From contig CAUYUJ010000114.1 of NCBI GenBank assembly GCA_963575745.1, positions 1,054,001-1,118,000 on the forward strand: 64,000 bases of DNA, given 5' to 3'. Below, one piece after another: positions 23,699 to 35,435 of this stretch. The stretch's first letter is position 1. Every line of letters starts with the position of its first letter. The position numbers and the translations under genes were made by a program. The notes below the pieces were generated by a model. The model was not told the origin of the DNA and did no database searches. It saw nothing but the letters and a program-made list of their open reading frames with translations. The stretch is from Prorocentrum cordatum. Its lineage: Eukaryota.

Positions 23699-25252
23699 AT
23701 TCGGATTGGCTTCGGTGAGCGATGGCCCCGATGCCCCCCCCCCGACTCAGGTACCACACACCCGGTTTCCGTCTCTCTTCTTCCTCCTCTTCTTCCTCCT
23801 CCTCCTCCTCCTCCTCCTCCTCCTCATCTCCCTCCTCTTCATCGTCCCGTTCCTCCCCTTCAAACGGCTGCGCCCTCTGCGCGGTCGTGTCTTTCGTGAG
23901 TAGACCCAACCCAAGTTGGTGCTCCCATATTTCGAAGGTATATTGCACTGCCTTAACTCCTTCCTGTGTAACATGTCATCCGTGTGCGGACACAGCTGCT
24001 TGCCGGCATCAGCGATGTGCGTCGCAGGCCGCAGTGGTCCCAAGCAGCCGTTTGGGGCCAACCCCTCTGCGCCAGCACGGGCGGGGACATCTTCGCGGCG
24101 TTCTGCTTGCTGCTGGCGTGGCATCTGTATGAGCCAGGGGCACGACGTCACCCTGTCTACGCGCTGGCCAGCAGCCAGCCCGAAGGGAGGCTTGCTGTCG
24201 AATGTGTTGGCGCTCCGCCCACCTCATACAGCCAGCGCGTGGCCTGCGCCAGCGCACACACGCCGAGCCGACCGACAGCATCCTCGCCACAACAACAGGC
24301 AGCCACGCGGCTTGCAGCGACCAGTGGCGGCGTGCGCGGCGTTCGCTCTTGGCGCCCACGGCTGTCGTTCGCCTCGGAGGCAAAGGCGAGGGCAGGCTGC
24401 CGCGTGTCTACGCGTGTCCTATGCCACGGCGGGCCCGTACCAGGCCTTGGCCGTCCAGGCGATGCCGCGTGTCCAGTGTCGCGGCGTGTTCCTCCTCTGT
24501 TTCACCGGTGGCGAGCCCCGCACCGCGTCGCCGCGTGTCGTGGTCTTTGATTGCATGGCTCCAGTATCACTCACCCATCCTCATCCCCGTCAGGCCACGG
24601 TATCTCAGCCCTCTGATTAACGCATCAACGTACGGACAAAAAAAAGAGGCCCCAATATGGCGTCAACAAGGGCCAAGAGGCCGCCAAGACGCCCCAAGAG
24701 GGCTTCAAGAGGCCTCCCACAAGCACCCCAGGAAGCAGAAATCTCCGAAATCCTTTTTTAAAGGAAACGTGCAGTTTCAGCATCGTCGCTTCTCCGCGTG
24801 TTGACAGCGTCTCAGACGGTCCAGGAGGCGGCACAGGAGGCTCCGCAACCGCTTCCGTAGTCATATTCCCAAAGCGTTCTGGCCTCCAGGCGTTTCGACG
24901 ATTCTGCTCTTACCTCTCCTCCTCCAGGTTAAGAGGCACCTCAAGGCGACGGAGATGACTCGACGGTGTTCCCCCAGCTGTCTTGTTCTGGCCACTCCCA
25001 GTGATCAGAAACTCCGCCCTTCGGGCAGGTAGAAGGAGGAGGCGCAGCGGCGGAGGAGGCGGGGACGATGCGGAGGTGGAGGAGGAGGAGGAGGAGGAGG
25101 AGGAGTGGTAGGAGGAAGATGAGAGGATGGAGTAGGAGGGAGGACGAGCGAGGAGGGAGGATGGTGAGAATGGGGAAGAGGAGAAACGGGAGAAGAGAGA
25201 GGGGAACGAAGAGGGAGGATGGACGGGGGGGAGTAGGCAGAGGACAAGCAAG

Positions 25253-25306
<54 letters not shown>

Positions 25307-25461
25307 GGGAAGGAGACACATAGCTTAAATCTCGTTCCTCGAATCTCCATCCTCAGCAACGACGACGACGGTGGCGGCGGCGCCTGGGAGGCCTCCAGAA
25401 TCCCAAGCAGACCAACGGAGCCCCAAAAATGGCCAGAAGCATCCCGAGATCTCGCTCCTCC

Positions 25462-25463
<2 letters not shown>

Positions 25464-25494
<31 letters not shown>

Positions 25495-25527
25495 TCGACG
25501 ACGACGTCGACGACGACGACGACGACC

Positions 25528-25591
<64 letters not shown>

Positions 25592-25622
25592 CGAAACCGT
25601 GGCGGCGGCAGCGGCAGCGGCA

Positions 25623-25657
<35 letters not shown>

Positions 25658-26340
25658 AGCGGCGACGACGACGACGACGGCAACGACGACGACGACGACG
25701 ACGGCGACGACACGGCGACGGCTGCGGCAGCGTGACGGCGCTGTGGCGGCTGCGGCGGCGGCTGCGGCGGTGGCGACGACGCCGGTCAGCGGCCCGCCCC
25801 GAGTCCCCCGAGAGGCGAGGCCGGCGGCACCCGCCGCGGCGAGGGCCGTCGTGGGCGCGGCGGCGGCCCAGGCTCGGCGGTGCACACGAGGGGGCGGCGC
25901 GAGGGGGCGGTGGGCCTCAGAGAGGAGGAGGAGGAGGAGGAGGAGGAGGAGGAGGAGGAGGAGGAGGAGGAGGAGGAGGAGGAGGAGGAGGAGGAGGAGG
26001 AGGAGGAGGAGGAGGAGGAGGAGGAGGAGGAGGAGGAGGAGGAGGGAGGAGGGGAGGGAGGAGGAGGAGGAGGAGGAGGAGGAGGAGGAGGAGGAGGAGT
26101 GGGAGGAGGAGGAGGAGGAGGAGGAGGAGGAGGAGGAGGAGGAGGAGGAGGAGGAGGGGCGGCGCGAGGGGGCGATGGGCCTCTGAGAGAGAAGGAGGAG
26201 GAGGAGGAGAGGAGGAGGGGAGGAGTGAGGAGGAGGAGGAGGAGGAGGATAGGAGGAGGAGGAGGAGGAGGAGGAGGAGGAGCAGGAGGAGGAGGAGGAG
26301 GAGGAGGAGGAGGAGGAGGAGGAGGAGGAGGAGGAGGAGG
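25464..26340. repeat. (GAC)n, (GGC)n and long (GGA)n microsatellites
   Basis: Directly visible. Confidence 0.95.
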
Positions 26341-27396
26341 GGGCGCGAGGGGGCGGTGGGCCTCTGAAAGAGGCGGGTCCCGGAAAGGGTTTCGCCGCCG
26401 AGGGTCGAAGGAGTCGGCACACCCTTTCCGGGCGGAGGGTCGGCGGAAGGCGGCGGGAGTCGAGCGAGGCTACCTCTGCCAGCGGAAGCCTGCGGAAGGA
26501 AAAAATGCCCCCCGAGGAGGCGGCAACATGTCGGGATTCAGGGCTTCAGGAACCTCGGAGGGCACCAACTATACACCTACACCGATCCTGGGCCCAGGGT
26601 GATCCTGGCCAGGATCGGTGTTGGTGTATAGTTGGTGCTTTCCTAGAACCCGCCAAGAAGGTTTGCGGGGGTTCCAAGACGGCAGGGGCCTTCTCCGAGA
26701 CACTGCAGGCCCTCAAGAGGTCTTCGTGGGAGCCTCGAGGCCCCTCGGGAGAGGGCCCCTCGGCTTCCTGGAAGCCCCTCGGCTTCTTGGAGGGCCCCTC
26801 CCCTCGCGCCACCCCCGGAGTGCGCGCCGCCAGCAGGCACCAGTCGCGCAGCCGCGTCATTCCGCCAGGAGACGCCGCCAACGACGACCGGCCCCCGCTT
26901 TCGATCCGATGCCATGCGAGTCGGTTGGCGGATCGGGGCTGCGATGCCGCGCGGCTTCGGTTCGGTTCGGATCGGTTCACGGGCAGCGGCCAGAGCCGGC
27001 CAGAGACAGGCGCGGCGATCTGATTTCGATTGGATTCGGGACGATTCGCCTGCGATCCGATCCGTTTCCGATCTGGTCGAATTTCGCGATTCGATCTAGG
27101 TCGGGCCTGCTGGCGACGGCGACCTCGGATATCCAACGTCGGCGTCGTCCTTCGGCGAGTGGGGGGCCGAGGTTTTTTTGAACGTGTCTGGGGTTCTCAT
27201 CGTCACGGCTGGAGGCAGCTCGAAAGACTGAACAGGGTAGATGCCGACATGGGCCGAGGGATCGATGTTGAACGGATTTTAGTCGATCCTCTCGCGCCCT
27301 GACGACAAGAACAGGTCGGCGGTTTTCACCCTTTGCGGCGGCGGCGGCGGCGGCGGCGGCGGCAGCGGCAGCGACAGCGGCGGTGACGACAGCGAT

Positions 27397-27437
<41 letters not shown>

Positions 27438-29475
27438 CAGTCAAGATTTCCGAGGGTTTCTGTACATTCCTGGGAGTTCCGAACGGCCGCCCCGAGCACG
27501 GCCGCCCGAGGCCCGCCGAGAAATCCGGTCGGGGTCCTGCGGGGCTCTTTCGGCGAGGGGTCCCGTCGTCGCCATGGCTGGGCGCGGCTCGGAGAGAGGG
27601 TCTAAAACGACGCGAGGATCGGGACAAAATCGGATCGGGATAACTCGAAATCTCTGAGAATCGGCGGGTTTGGAGGATGTATTGGGCGCCGCGGCCGCTC
27701 CAGAGCGTTCCGGAACGCTCTGAGAGCGCTCCGGAACGCTCTGGAGCGATTTATCCCGATCCTAGCCCTGTTTTAGGGTCACCATGGAGTGTCGGAGAGT
27801 TATCGGGACAGATCTGGAGTGAATTCGGGTCAGGAGGGAGGCGACGGAGGATCAGGAAGAGGAGGAGGACGACAACGACGACACGATGATGTGTTGTGAG
27901 GCTTGTTCTGTTGCCTCCCCAGGGGCCCTCGTCGCCACGGCTGGGTCCGCTGGGAGATCTTGGCCAGAAGGCCTTCCAGGACCAGCCCCAGGGTGGTAGG
28001 CGAATGGAACGACGACGGCGGCGACGACGATTTCGTCGTCGTTGCCGCCTTCGTCGCTGCTGGTCTTCGGGGGATGCCCTACATCCTCGGTACGCGGGTT
28101 TAGTTGTTAAAGCCACGCCTCCGCCTCACTCACCTGCCTCCTTCCTCTCTCATTTAATGCTCAGCTTCTTCCACACGCAGGCCATCCACACCCAGTCCCA
28201 GTGGCACTCCTACTCACTCATTTTCAGGCTCACTCCGCAGGTCTGAGAGAGAGAGAAAGACAAAACAAAGGACGGAAAATGAACAAAACAGAGTGACAGA
28301 GAGAGAAGTTCAGTTCACCCTGCTTGCTCAATCTGCGGGTCTGCGCAGGGCCTCGTCTCGCTTATTACAGCGGCACCGCCTTCTCATATATTCTCTTGAG
28401 AGGTGTAAGAATGTCAGCACAGTGTCACACAGAAGCCAGTCTCAAACTGCAGCCAGCTAGGGCGAAGCATGCAATCTACCGTTGATGTTCAGTCACCAGG
28501 GCCCTGACTAAGTTACGAATCCCTCTCTTTGGGAAGGAAGTATTGGAATCGTTGGATGTGAGTTGATTGTTTGTTGACTGCGTCCGCTGATATAACAACT
28601 GGCCGGTGTTGCTCCATACAGAACATAGATTGTCATGGGAGGCGTTAGTGTCAGAAGATTTCGGGAAAGACAAGGACACCAGTGAGATGAGTTTCCTTTT
28701 GTGTTCTCCAAATGACGGAATATGTTGGGCACCCAGTTTGCTTATACAAATTCTTTAGTGCGCAACGAGAGGGGGTGCAAACGCTACCGCGCCACCACGC
28801 AATCACACAGCCCAACACAAAAAGCTTCGATCCGAATCCAATATCCTAGTCGTCGATCCGATCCAAGTCCGATTCCGTGCCGAGATGCGGCACGACCCGA
28901 CGCACGTTCCAATCCAACTCGATCTCCCAGCTCGATGCCGAGCCGAGCTCGCAGACATCAGGAGCGTAGCGTCCAAGAGGAGGGTGAGGACCAGGGGGTG
29001 CAGATATCATGGACCAAGGGGGTGCAGATATCATGGACCAGGGCCATGATAACTATCTCCCAGGCTTCGCTGCCCATCTTCTTCTTGTTCCAGAACGTGC
29101 CACGGCCCCCGCGCGTCCGCGCAGCGCACGCGCCTCTGGCCATGATTCAGGAGGGGAAAACACACACACAGACACAATTCATCGACGACTCCCAGGAAAA
29201 TGTGGGCAGCGGGGGGGGGGGGACACGAAAACCCAGAAGATCTGAGAAGATGGAGGGAATCCTGGGACTTGTGCCTCTTTCTCTGTGTGGGCCCCTGGGC
29301 CTCTTCAAGATATGCGCAGCCCCCTCTTCCTGGCCACCCCCCTCCTCCTCCTCCTCCTCCTCCTCCTCCTCTTCCTCCTCCTCCTCCTCCTCCTCCTCCT
29401 CCTCCTCCTCCTCCTCCTCCTCCTTCTCCTTCTTCTTGGGCGCACGGCCCGCTGCCGCGCCGATCCCGCGGCGAG

Positions 29476-29520
29476 GACCTGCGTCGGCATCGACACCACC
29501 GGCGACGGCCGCGCCGACCT
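29476..29520 (+). CDS. Candidate micro-exon TCVGIDTTGDGRADL
   Basis: AG|G acceptor, GT donor at 29521, all complete codons end in C. DxxGDG calcium-loop-like motif. Confidence 0.45.
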
Positions 29521-30444
29521 GTGCGCGGGAGGTTTCCCGCCCGCCCGCCCCTCCCCACGCGTGGGCGCCGCCGGAGACCGGCGATCCGCGGCCTCGGATC
29601 GCCGCCGGCGTCTTCGTCGGGCCGTCGGCGTCGGAGCGTCGGCGTCGGAGCGTCGTCGGGAGGTCGCGGGGTGTCTCGAGGCCCGCGGCGTCGTCGGGGC
29701 GCCGTCGTCGGGTCGCCGTCGGGGTCGTCGTCGGGGTCGTCGGCGGGGTGGCCCCTCGGGGCCTCGGGGATCGATGCGGCCCGGTGCGTGCCTCGGGAAG
29801 GCGCGGGCAGACAGTTCGAGTCGTGGTTTTGTGTCATGCTGCATTTTACGGCGACGCCAGGTCTTCCGTCGTGGTCGTCGGGTCGTCGTCATCGTCATCG
29901 TCAGGTTGCCAGCGTCGTAAATGGGTCGTCGGCCGAGTCGTCGTGTCATCGGGTCTTCGTCAGGGGGTGGGGGGGAGGAGAAGGTGGAGGAAGAAGAACA
30001 CGAGAACTAGCACGGGGGGGAAGGGGGAAGAGGCCAGGGGAGGAGGAGAAGGAGGAGGAGGAGTAGAAGGAACAGTGGGAGGAGGAGCAGGAGGAGGAGG
30101 AGGAGGGAGGAGGAGGAGGAGGATTTCAGAGTAGCGCTCATGCCCTCGAGGGTAAGGATTGGCCCTCTCGATGTCAGGTGATGCCCATGTGCTCTCCCAT
30201 CCTTGGCATGGTGTGGAGGAGCTGAGCAGTGGGGCAAGGGGGAGGGTAAGGAGGAGGGGGGGAGAGGAACGAACAACGACCGCACATTGCAAAATCGAGC
30301 GAGGAGGGGAGCCGACACTCCCAGACGTTGCGAGCAGATCACGGAGGGCGTCTTTCCGGGACTGGCCCCCTGGCCATCAACCAAACCCCCAGGGCGATGA
30401 ATCGACCAAGAACAGCGAACATGAATATACGTTTTCGAAGTGTA

Positions 30445-30474
30445 CGACGGCGATGACGACGATGACGATGACGA

Positions 30475-30507
<33 letters not shown>

Positions 30508-30553
30508 TGACGACGACAAAGGCGACGACGGCGATGACGGCGATGACGACGAA

Positions 30554-30595
<42 letters not shown>

Positions 30596-30669
30596 AACGA
30601 CGACGACGGCGATGACGACGACGGCGATGACGACGACGACGGTAATGACGACGACGCCAACGATGGCGA

Positions 30670-30752
<83 letters not shown>

Positions 30753-31144
30753 ACGTCGACGTCGACGACGACGACGACGACGGCGGCGATGGTGACGACG
30801 GCGGCGATGACGACGACGGCGATGACGACGACGACGGTAATGACGACGACAGCAACGATGGCGATGACGACGACGACGACGACGGCGATGACGACCACGA
30901 TGACGACGATGACGATGACGACGACGGCTGCGACGACAACGATGATGACGGCGACGACGACGACGACGGTGGCGTCGACGACGGCGACGACTACGACGGC
31001 GATGACGACGACGACGATGTCGACGACGCGACAACGTCGACGACGACGACGACGACGATGTCGATGACGACGATTACGACGATTACGACGACGACGACGG
31101 CGACGACGATGACCACAACGAACATGACGACGACGACGACAACC

Positions 31145-31196
<52 letters not shown>

Positions 31197-31240
31197 TGAT
31201 GACGACGTCGACGACGACGACGACGGACGCCAACGACGAC
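30445..31240. repeat. Interrupted (GAC)n microsatellite
   Basis: Directly visible. Confidence 0.95.
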
Positions 31241-31775
31241 CGCACCGAGCGTCCAGATGGGAGGGCCCGCGTGGCCAGCGTCGGCATCGTCTCCACGCTG
31301 GCGTCGCCGATGTCTGGGGGGGATCTGGGAGTTGCATGGGAGGGACCCCAACGCAGGGCTCATTCTGACTCCTCCGACTCGACTCGATTCGATTCCGCTG
31401 TGGCTTCAGGTGCTTCTCAATTGAGGCCTGATTGGCCTGCCGATGTCCGCCGATCCGAGCTGCTTCGGTCGCCTACCCGACTTGTCGATTCGATGATGGG
31501 CCCTCCTGCCCACATGGGGCCCCCCCCTGGGGCCCCGACGATACAGAGGGCACCACCACCAAAACGTCACAAAAACGTCACCACCACGACGCTATGTCAC
31601 AGAAACGTCACAAACAACGTCACAAAAACGCCACGAAACGTCACAAAAACGCCACAAAAACGATAAGGGTACCCCGACGCTATGCCACAAAAACGTCACC
31701 ACTGAAACGTCACCGACCACGACGGCGCATCGGCGGAGCGCGCCCGCGGGCCTCCGGTGCGGCGGGGCCGGGCGG

Positions 31776-31827
31776 CTTCGTGTCGGGTGTGGACCGCGAC
31801 GGCGACGGCGTCCCCGACTGCCTGCAG
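31776..31827 (+). CDS. Candidate micro-exon (L)FVSGVDRDGDGVPDCLQ
   Basis: Phase-compatible with 29476-29520. DxDxDGxPD motif, CAG|GA donor. Upstream dinucleotide is GG, not AG. Confidence 0.4.
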
Positions 31828-32562
31828 GACCCGCGGGCCGCCCCGCGCGCGGGGTCGAAGCTCGCCGGCGGTGGCTTGGGTGGTTTTCGGCTTCGGGGGG
31901 CCCTGGCCGAGCCCCGGGACCGTCAAGAGATGAGTCGGGATGAGAAATCGGCCCTGGGGAAGGGTTCGGATTTCGCGTACAAAAAAATCAAGACATCGCA
32001 TGTCTGGGGATGTCAACGACCAAGATGTCACGGAATCTCATCGACGCCGATTTTGTTCATGGTCCATGTCAGTTGTCGCCGATTCGCGCGGATGATCCAC
32101 GAGTTGACGATGAGCGATGACCAAGATCGATCCCGACGTTTCCGCGTTCAGTCTTGGTCATGGTTTTTGTTTGTTCTTTCCCTCCATCGCAGGCGAACTC
32201 TCGCCCAAAATCCCCGAGTTCCCTCCCAAAAGACTGGCCGCTCAGGAAAGGAGGAGAACTCGAGGTTGCACCCCCTGGCCAGGGGGGGGCTACTCGGGCG
32301 CATCCCCGAGGGTATGTCTGCGAAGGTGCTCCAGATTGCTGGCCCAGTGGAACACCCAGCAGAGTCGAAGGATTTGGGTCGACGCGCGCCCCGTGGAGAG
32401 CAGACGGGTCGCTCCAGAACATCTCGGACGTGGATGGACGGACCCTGGCAAGGGGGAACAAAAATGCGAGACCTGCTGCTTGCAGCTTTTTTCTTGCGGC
32501 CCCGCCGCCCAGCGCCTTCCTCGACACACTGGCGCCTCGTGCAGCAGATTCTGGCCCCCCCC

Positions 32563-32987
<425 letters not shown>

Positions 32988-33406
32988 CCAGGCATCGCTC
33001 TTCCTCCTCCTCATCCTCCTCCTCCTCCACCTGCGTCCGCCCCAGATCTATCGCACTCGAGCGATCGAGAATCCAAGCCCCGTCGCGTCGTGAAGAAGTC
33101 ACGACGGAGGGTTTGGGCGCGCTCTTTCCTAACATATGCAGTCAACCCGCATGTTAAGGATGGGCAACCTTCCAAAGGGTACCCTTGCATCCTTGCCTCC
33201 TCGGTCCATCCTTCGCCGCTTTCGCTGGCCGCGCCCCGCTCGAAAAGCTTCGACGTGGACGTCCAGGGCCCGTGCATCCTTTACCGCGCATCCTTCCTGT
33301 GCTGGTTAACCGTGCCGCACTCGAGCGATCGAGAACCCAAAGCCCCGTCGCGTCGTGAAGGAGTCGCGACGGAGGCATTGGGCGCGCTCTCTCCTTGACA
33401 TCTGTC

Positions 33407-33567
33407 AGGAGGAGAAAAAACACGCAGACACGATTCATCGTCCACTCCCAGGAAAATATGGGAAAAGATGGGAAGTGGTGGGGAAGACAGAAACCCCGAA
33501 AATATGGGAACATATGGGGAATTATGTTATTTGTGTGTATTTATTTGTGTGTCCCAGGGCCCCTTCA
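33407..33567 (+). mobile_element. Family C ~160-bp element (other copies about 29150-29307, 33905-34045, 37271-37432, 45812-46525, 54223-54383, 58147-58309)
   Basis: AGGAGG..AAACACACAGACAC..ATCGTCGA..CCCAGGAAAATATGGGAA..TTTGTGTGTCCCAGGGCCCCTTCA. About 7-bp flanking duplication ATCTGTC/ATCTGGC. Confidence 0.85.
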
Positions 33568-35247
33568 ATCTGGCGCTCCGCCGGAGAAGGGCCCCGCAGA
33601 GCCCACGGGGAGAGCCCGCGCCCGCCCGGTGCCGGCAGCGGTTTTTCGCCGGGGGCAGCCTCGCAGCGCATGCTCGGAGCCGTGCCCTCGCCCCCGTGCT
33701 GGCGCCGCACGCTTGGTGGGGGCGACCACGACGCCCTGTGAAAGATTCGGAGGAAGATTCCTTCACTCGGGCGAAGAGAGCTATGCACATGCACCGATGC
33801 CGGCCAGGCCCATCCTTGGCCCAGGATCGGTGCATGTGCCTTCCTGGCCAAGGGCTCGGGATGGGCCTGGCCAGAATGTCGGTGTATGTGCATAGTTCTC
33901 TTTCCTCTATAGTCGTCGATTCCCAAGAGAAGGTGGGAACATATGTGGAGCGGGGGGGAAGGCGAAGGCACCACAAGTATGGGAGAAGATTGGGAATCTT
34001 TTTCATATTCGTGTGCATTTATTTGTGTATCCCTGGGCCCCTTCACCAGGCCCCAGGATCGTCCCAGGGGGCCCGGGATGTGCAGCTGGACCCGGGCAGA
34101 GGCTCGGGGTGTCCGCGGGGGCCCCGTGCCGAAGAGATGGGGACGTCAGATCTCTCCGGGGAGAGGGGCTCCGCCCTCGATCGGGGGCAACGGCACGGGC
34201 GAGGGGGAGCGATGAGCTCAGGGGTGAACGCGTTGACCCCCAACCGCCCACTGGTCGTCGAGGGGGCTCGGAGGGCCCCACCCCGCCCAGGAGCACGTGC
34301 GGACTCGCTATCTGGGACCTGTCGCCAGTGCGTCAGCGCTGTGCCGCCGATTCGAGCGCGATGTTTCCTCCCCTGCGCCAGTCTCCCCCCCCCCCTCGAG
34401 GGGGGGGCCTCCTCCTCCTCCTCCTCCTCCTCCTCCTCCTCTCCTCCTCCTCCTCCTCCTCCTCCTCCTCCCTCTCCTCCCCTCCTCCTCCTCATCCTCT
34501 CCTCCTCTCCTCTCCTCCTCTCCTTCTCCTCCTCCTCCTCCTCTCCTCCTCCTCCGCCTCCCTCCTCCTCCCCCCCTCCTCCCCCTCCTCCTCCTCCTCC
34601 TCCTCCTCCTCCTCCTCCTCCTCCTCCTCCTCCTCCTGTCGCTGCCCCTCGCTGGACAGAGCGGGGAGTCGGCGCCCTTTCCCGCGGCGGGAGGCCCGCG
34701 GGAGCAGAGCGGGGGCGGCGGTCCGCAGCCAGAGGCCCTGCGGAAGCAGAGTCTTCCCCCTAGAATTAAGTTGGGCACGTCCCTCTATGGGAGCAAGATT
34801 CAAGAATAGTCAAACTAGTCTGGGGACGATGCTTGGACCATTTCTGCATGTTTTTGGAGTTGTTTTTTGTATGCTTCATTTTTCGCCCAAAATCAAGGGC
34901 GTAACCAAAAAACGCCCCTACCCTGGTTTATGAGGCGCTGTGCGCTGAACCTCCTCTGGGCTGGGTAAGCCCTGGGTATCGCGCGTGCCGCGCGGCGTCC
35001 TGGCGGCTCTCTGGCCTGTGCGAGCTCCCAGGAAGTTCATTGACCACGCACTTGTAACCCAGGGTAGGGGCGTTTTTTTCACTCCTCAACAAAATCCCCC
35101 TACAGGGGGACAGGCCCGACTCAACCCTAGAAGAAGAACACGTCGCGTGCCCAGCAGGCACGCGAGCAAGCAGACGACGTGGCCGCGGACGGCGGATGCT
35201 CGACTCGACCTCGCCTGAAGATGTCCCTGCTGCTCGTGCAGCATCCC

Positions 35248-35435
35248 AGAGGAGGAAAAGGTACCCATAATTCATGTCTACTTCTTCGAAGCTTCTTGAA
35301 TGTTTGTTTGGGGTGCCAAGATCCCTTCATTTCTAATTGTTCTATCCTGGGCCTCTTCCTGGCCACTAGGGGGCCAGGAACAAATAGAAACGAGCACAAT
35401 TAGAAAAGAGCACGATTAGAAAGGAACGACGTGTA
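35248..35435 (+). mobile_element. Family D ~185-bp dispersed element (other copies about 15570-15952 and 49283-49465)
   Basis: AGAGGAGG...TCATGTCTACTTCTTCG...CCTGGGCCTCTTCCTGGCCAC...GGCCAGGAACAA...TAGAAAGGAACGA shared by three loci. Confidence 0.8.

Larger units (their letters stand above)
20577..24668 (+). other. Complete mRNA retrocopy (TSD-SL-ORF-3'UTR-polyA-TSD)
   Basis: GCCCCAATATGGCGTCAAC(A) at 20577-20595/6 and 24649-24667/8. A8 at 24638-24645. A CCAAGA-rich host repeat continues on both sides. Confidence 0.92.

Noticed and set aside
24910..26602. Long poly-E/G/R/S/P ORFs (also 30007-33398, 37369-38465, 41127-43033, 45838-47711, 48179-49581)
   Set aside because: Open in most frames only because the microsatellites lack stop codons; no domain content.
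27892..28767. Lower-GC segment as a possible solo LTR (TGTTG...CAACG)
   Set aside because: No terminal CA, no TSD and no second copy or internal domain visible.
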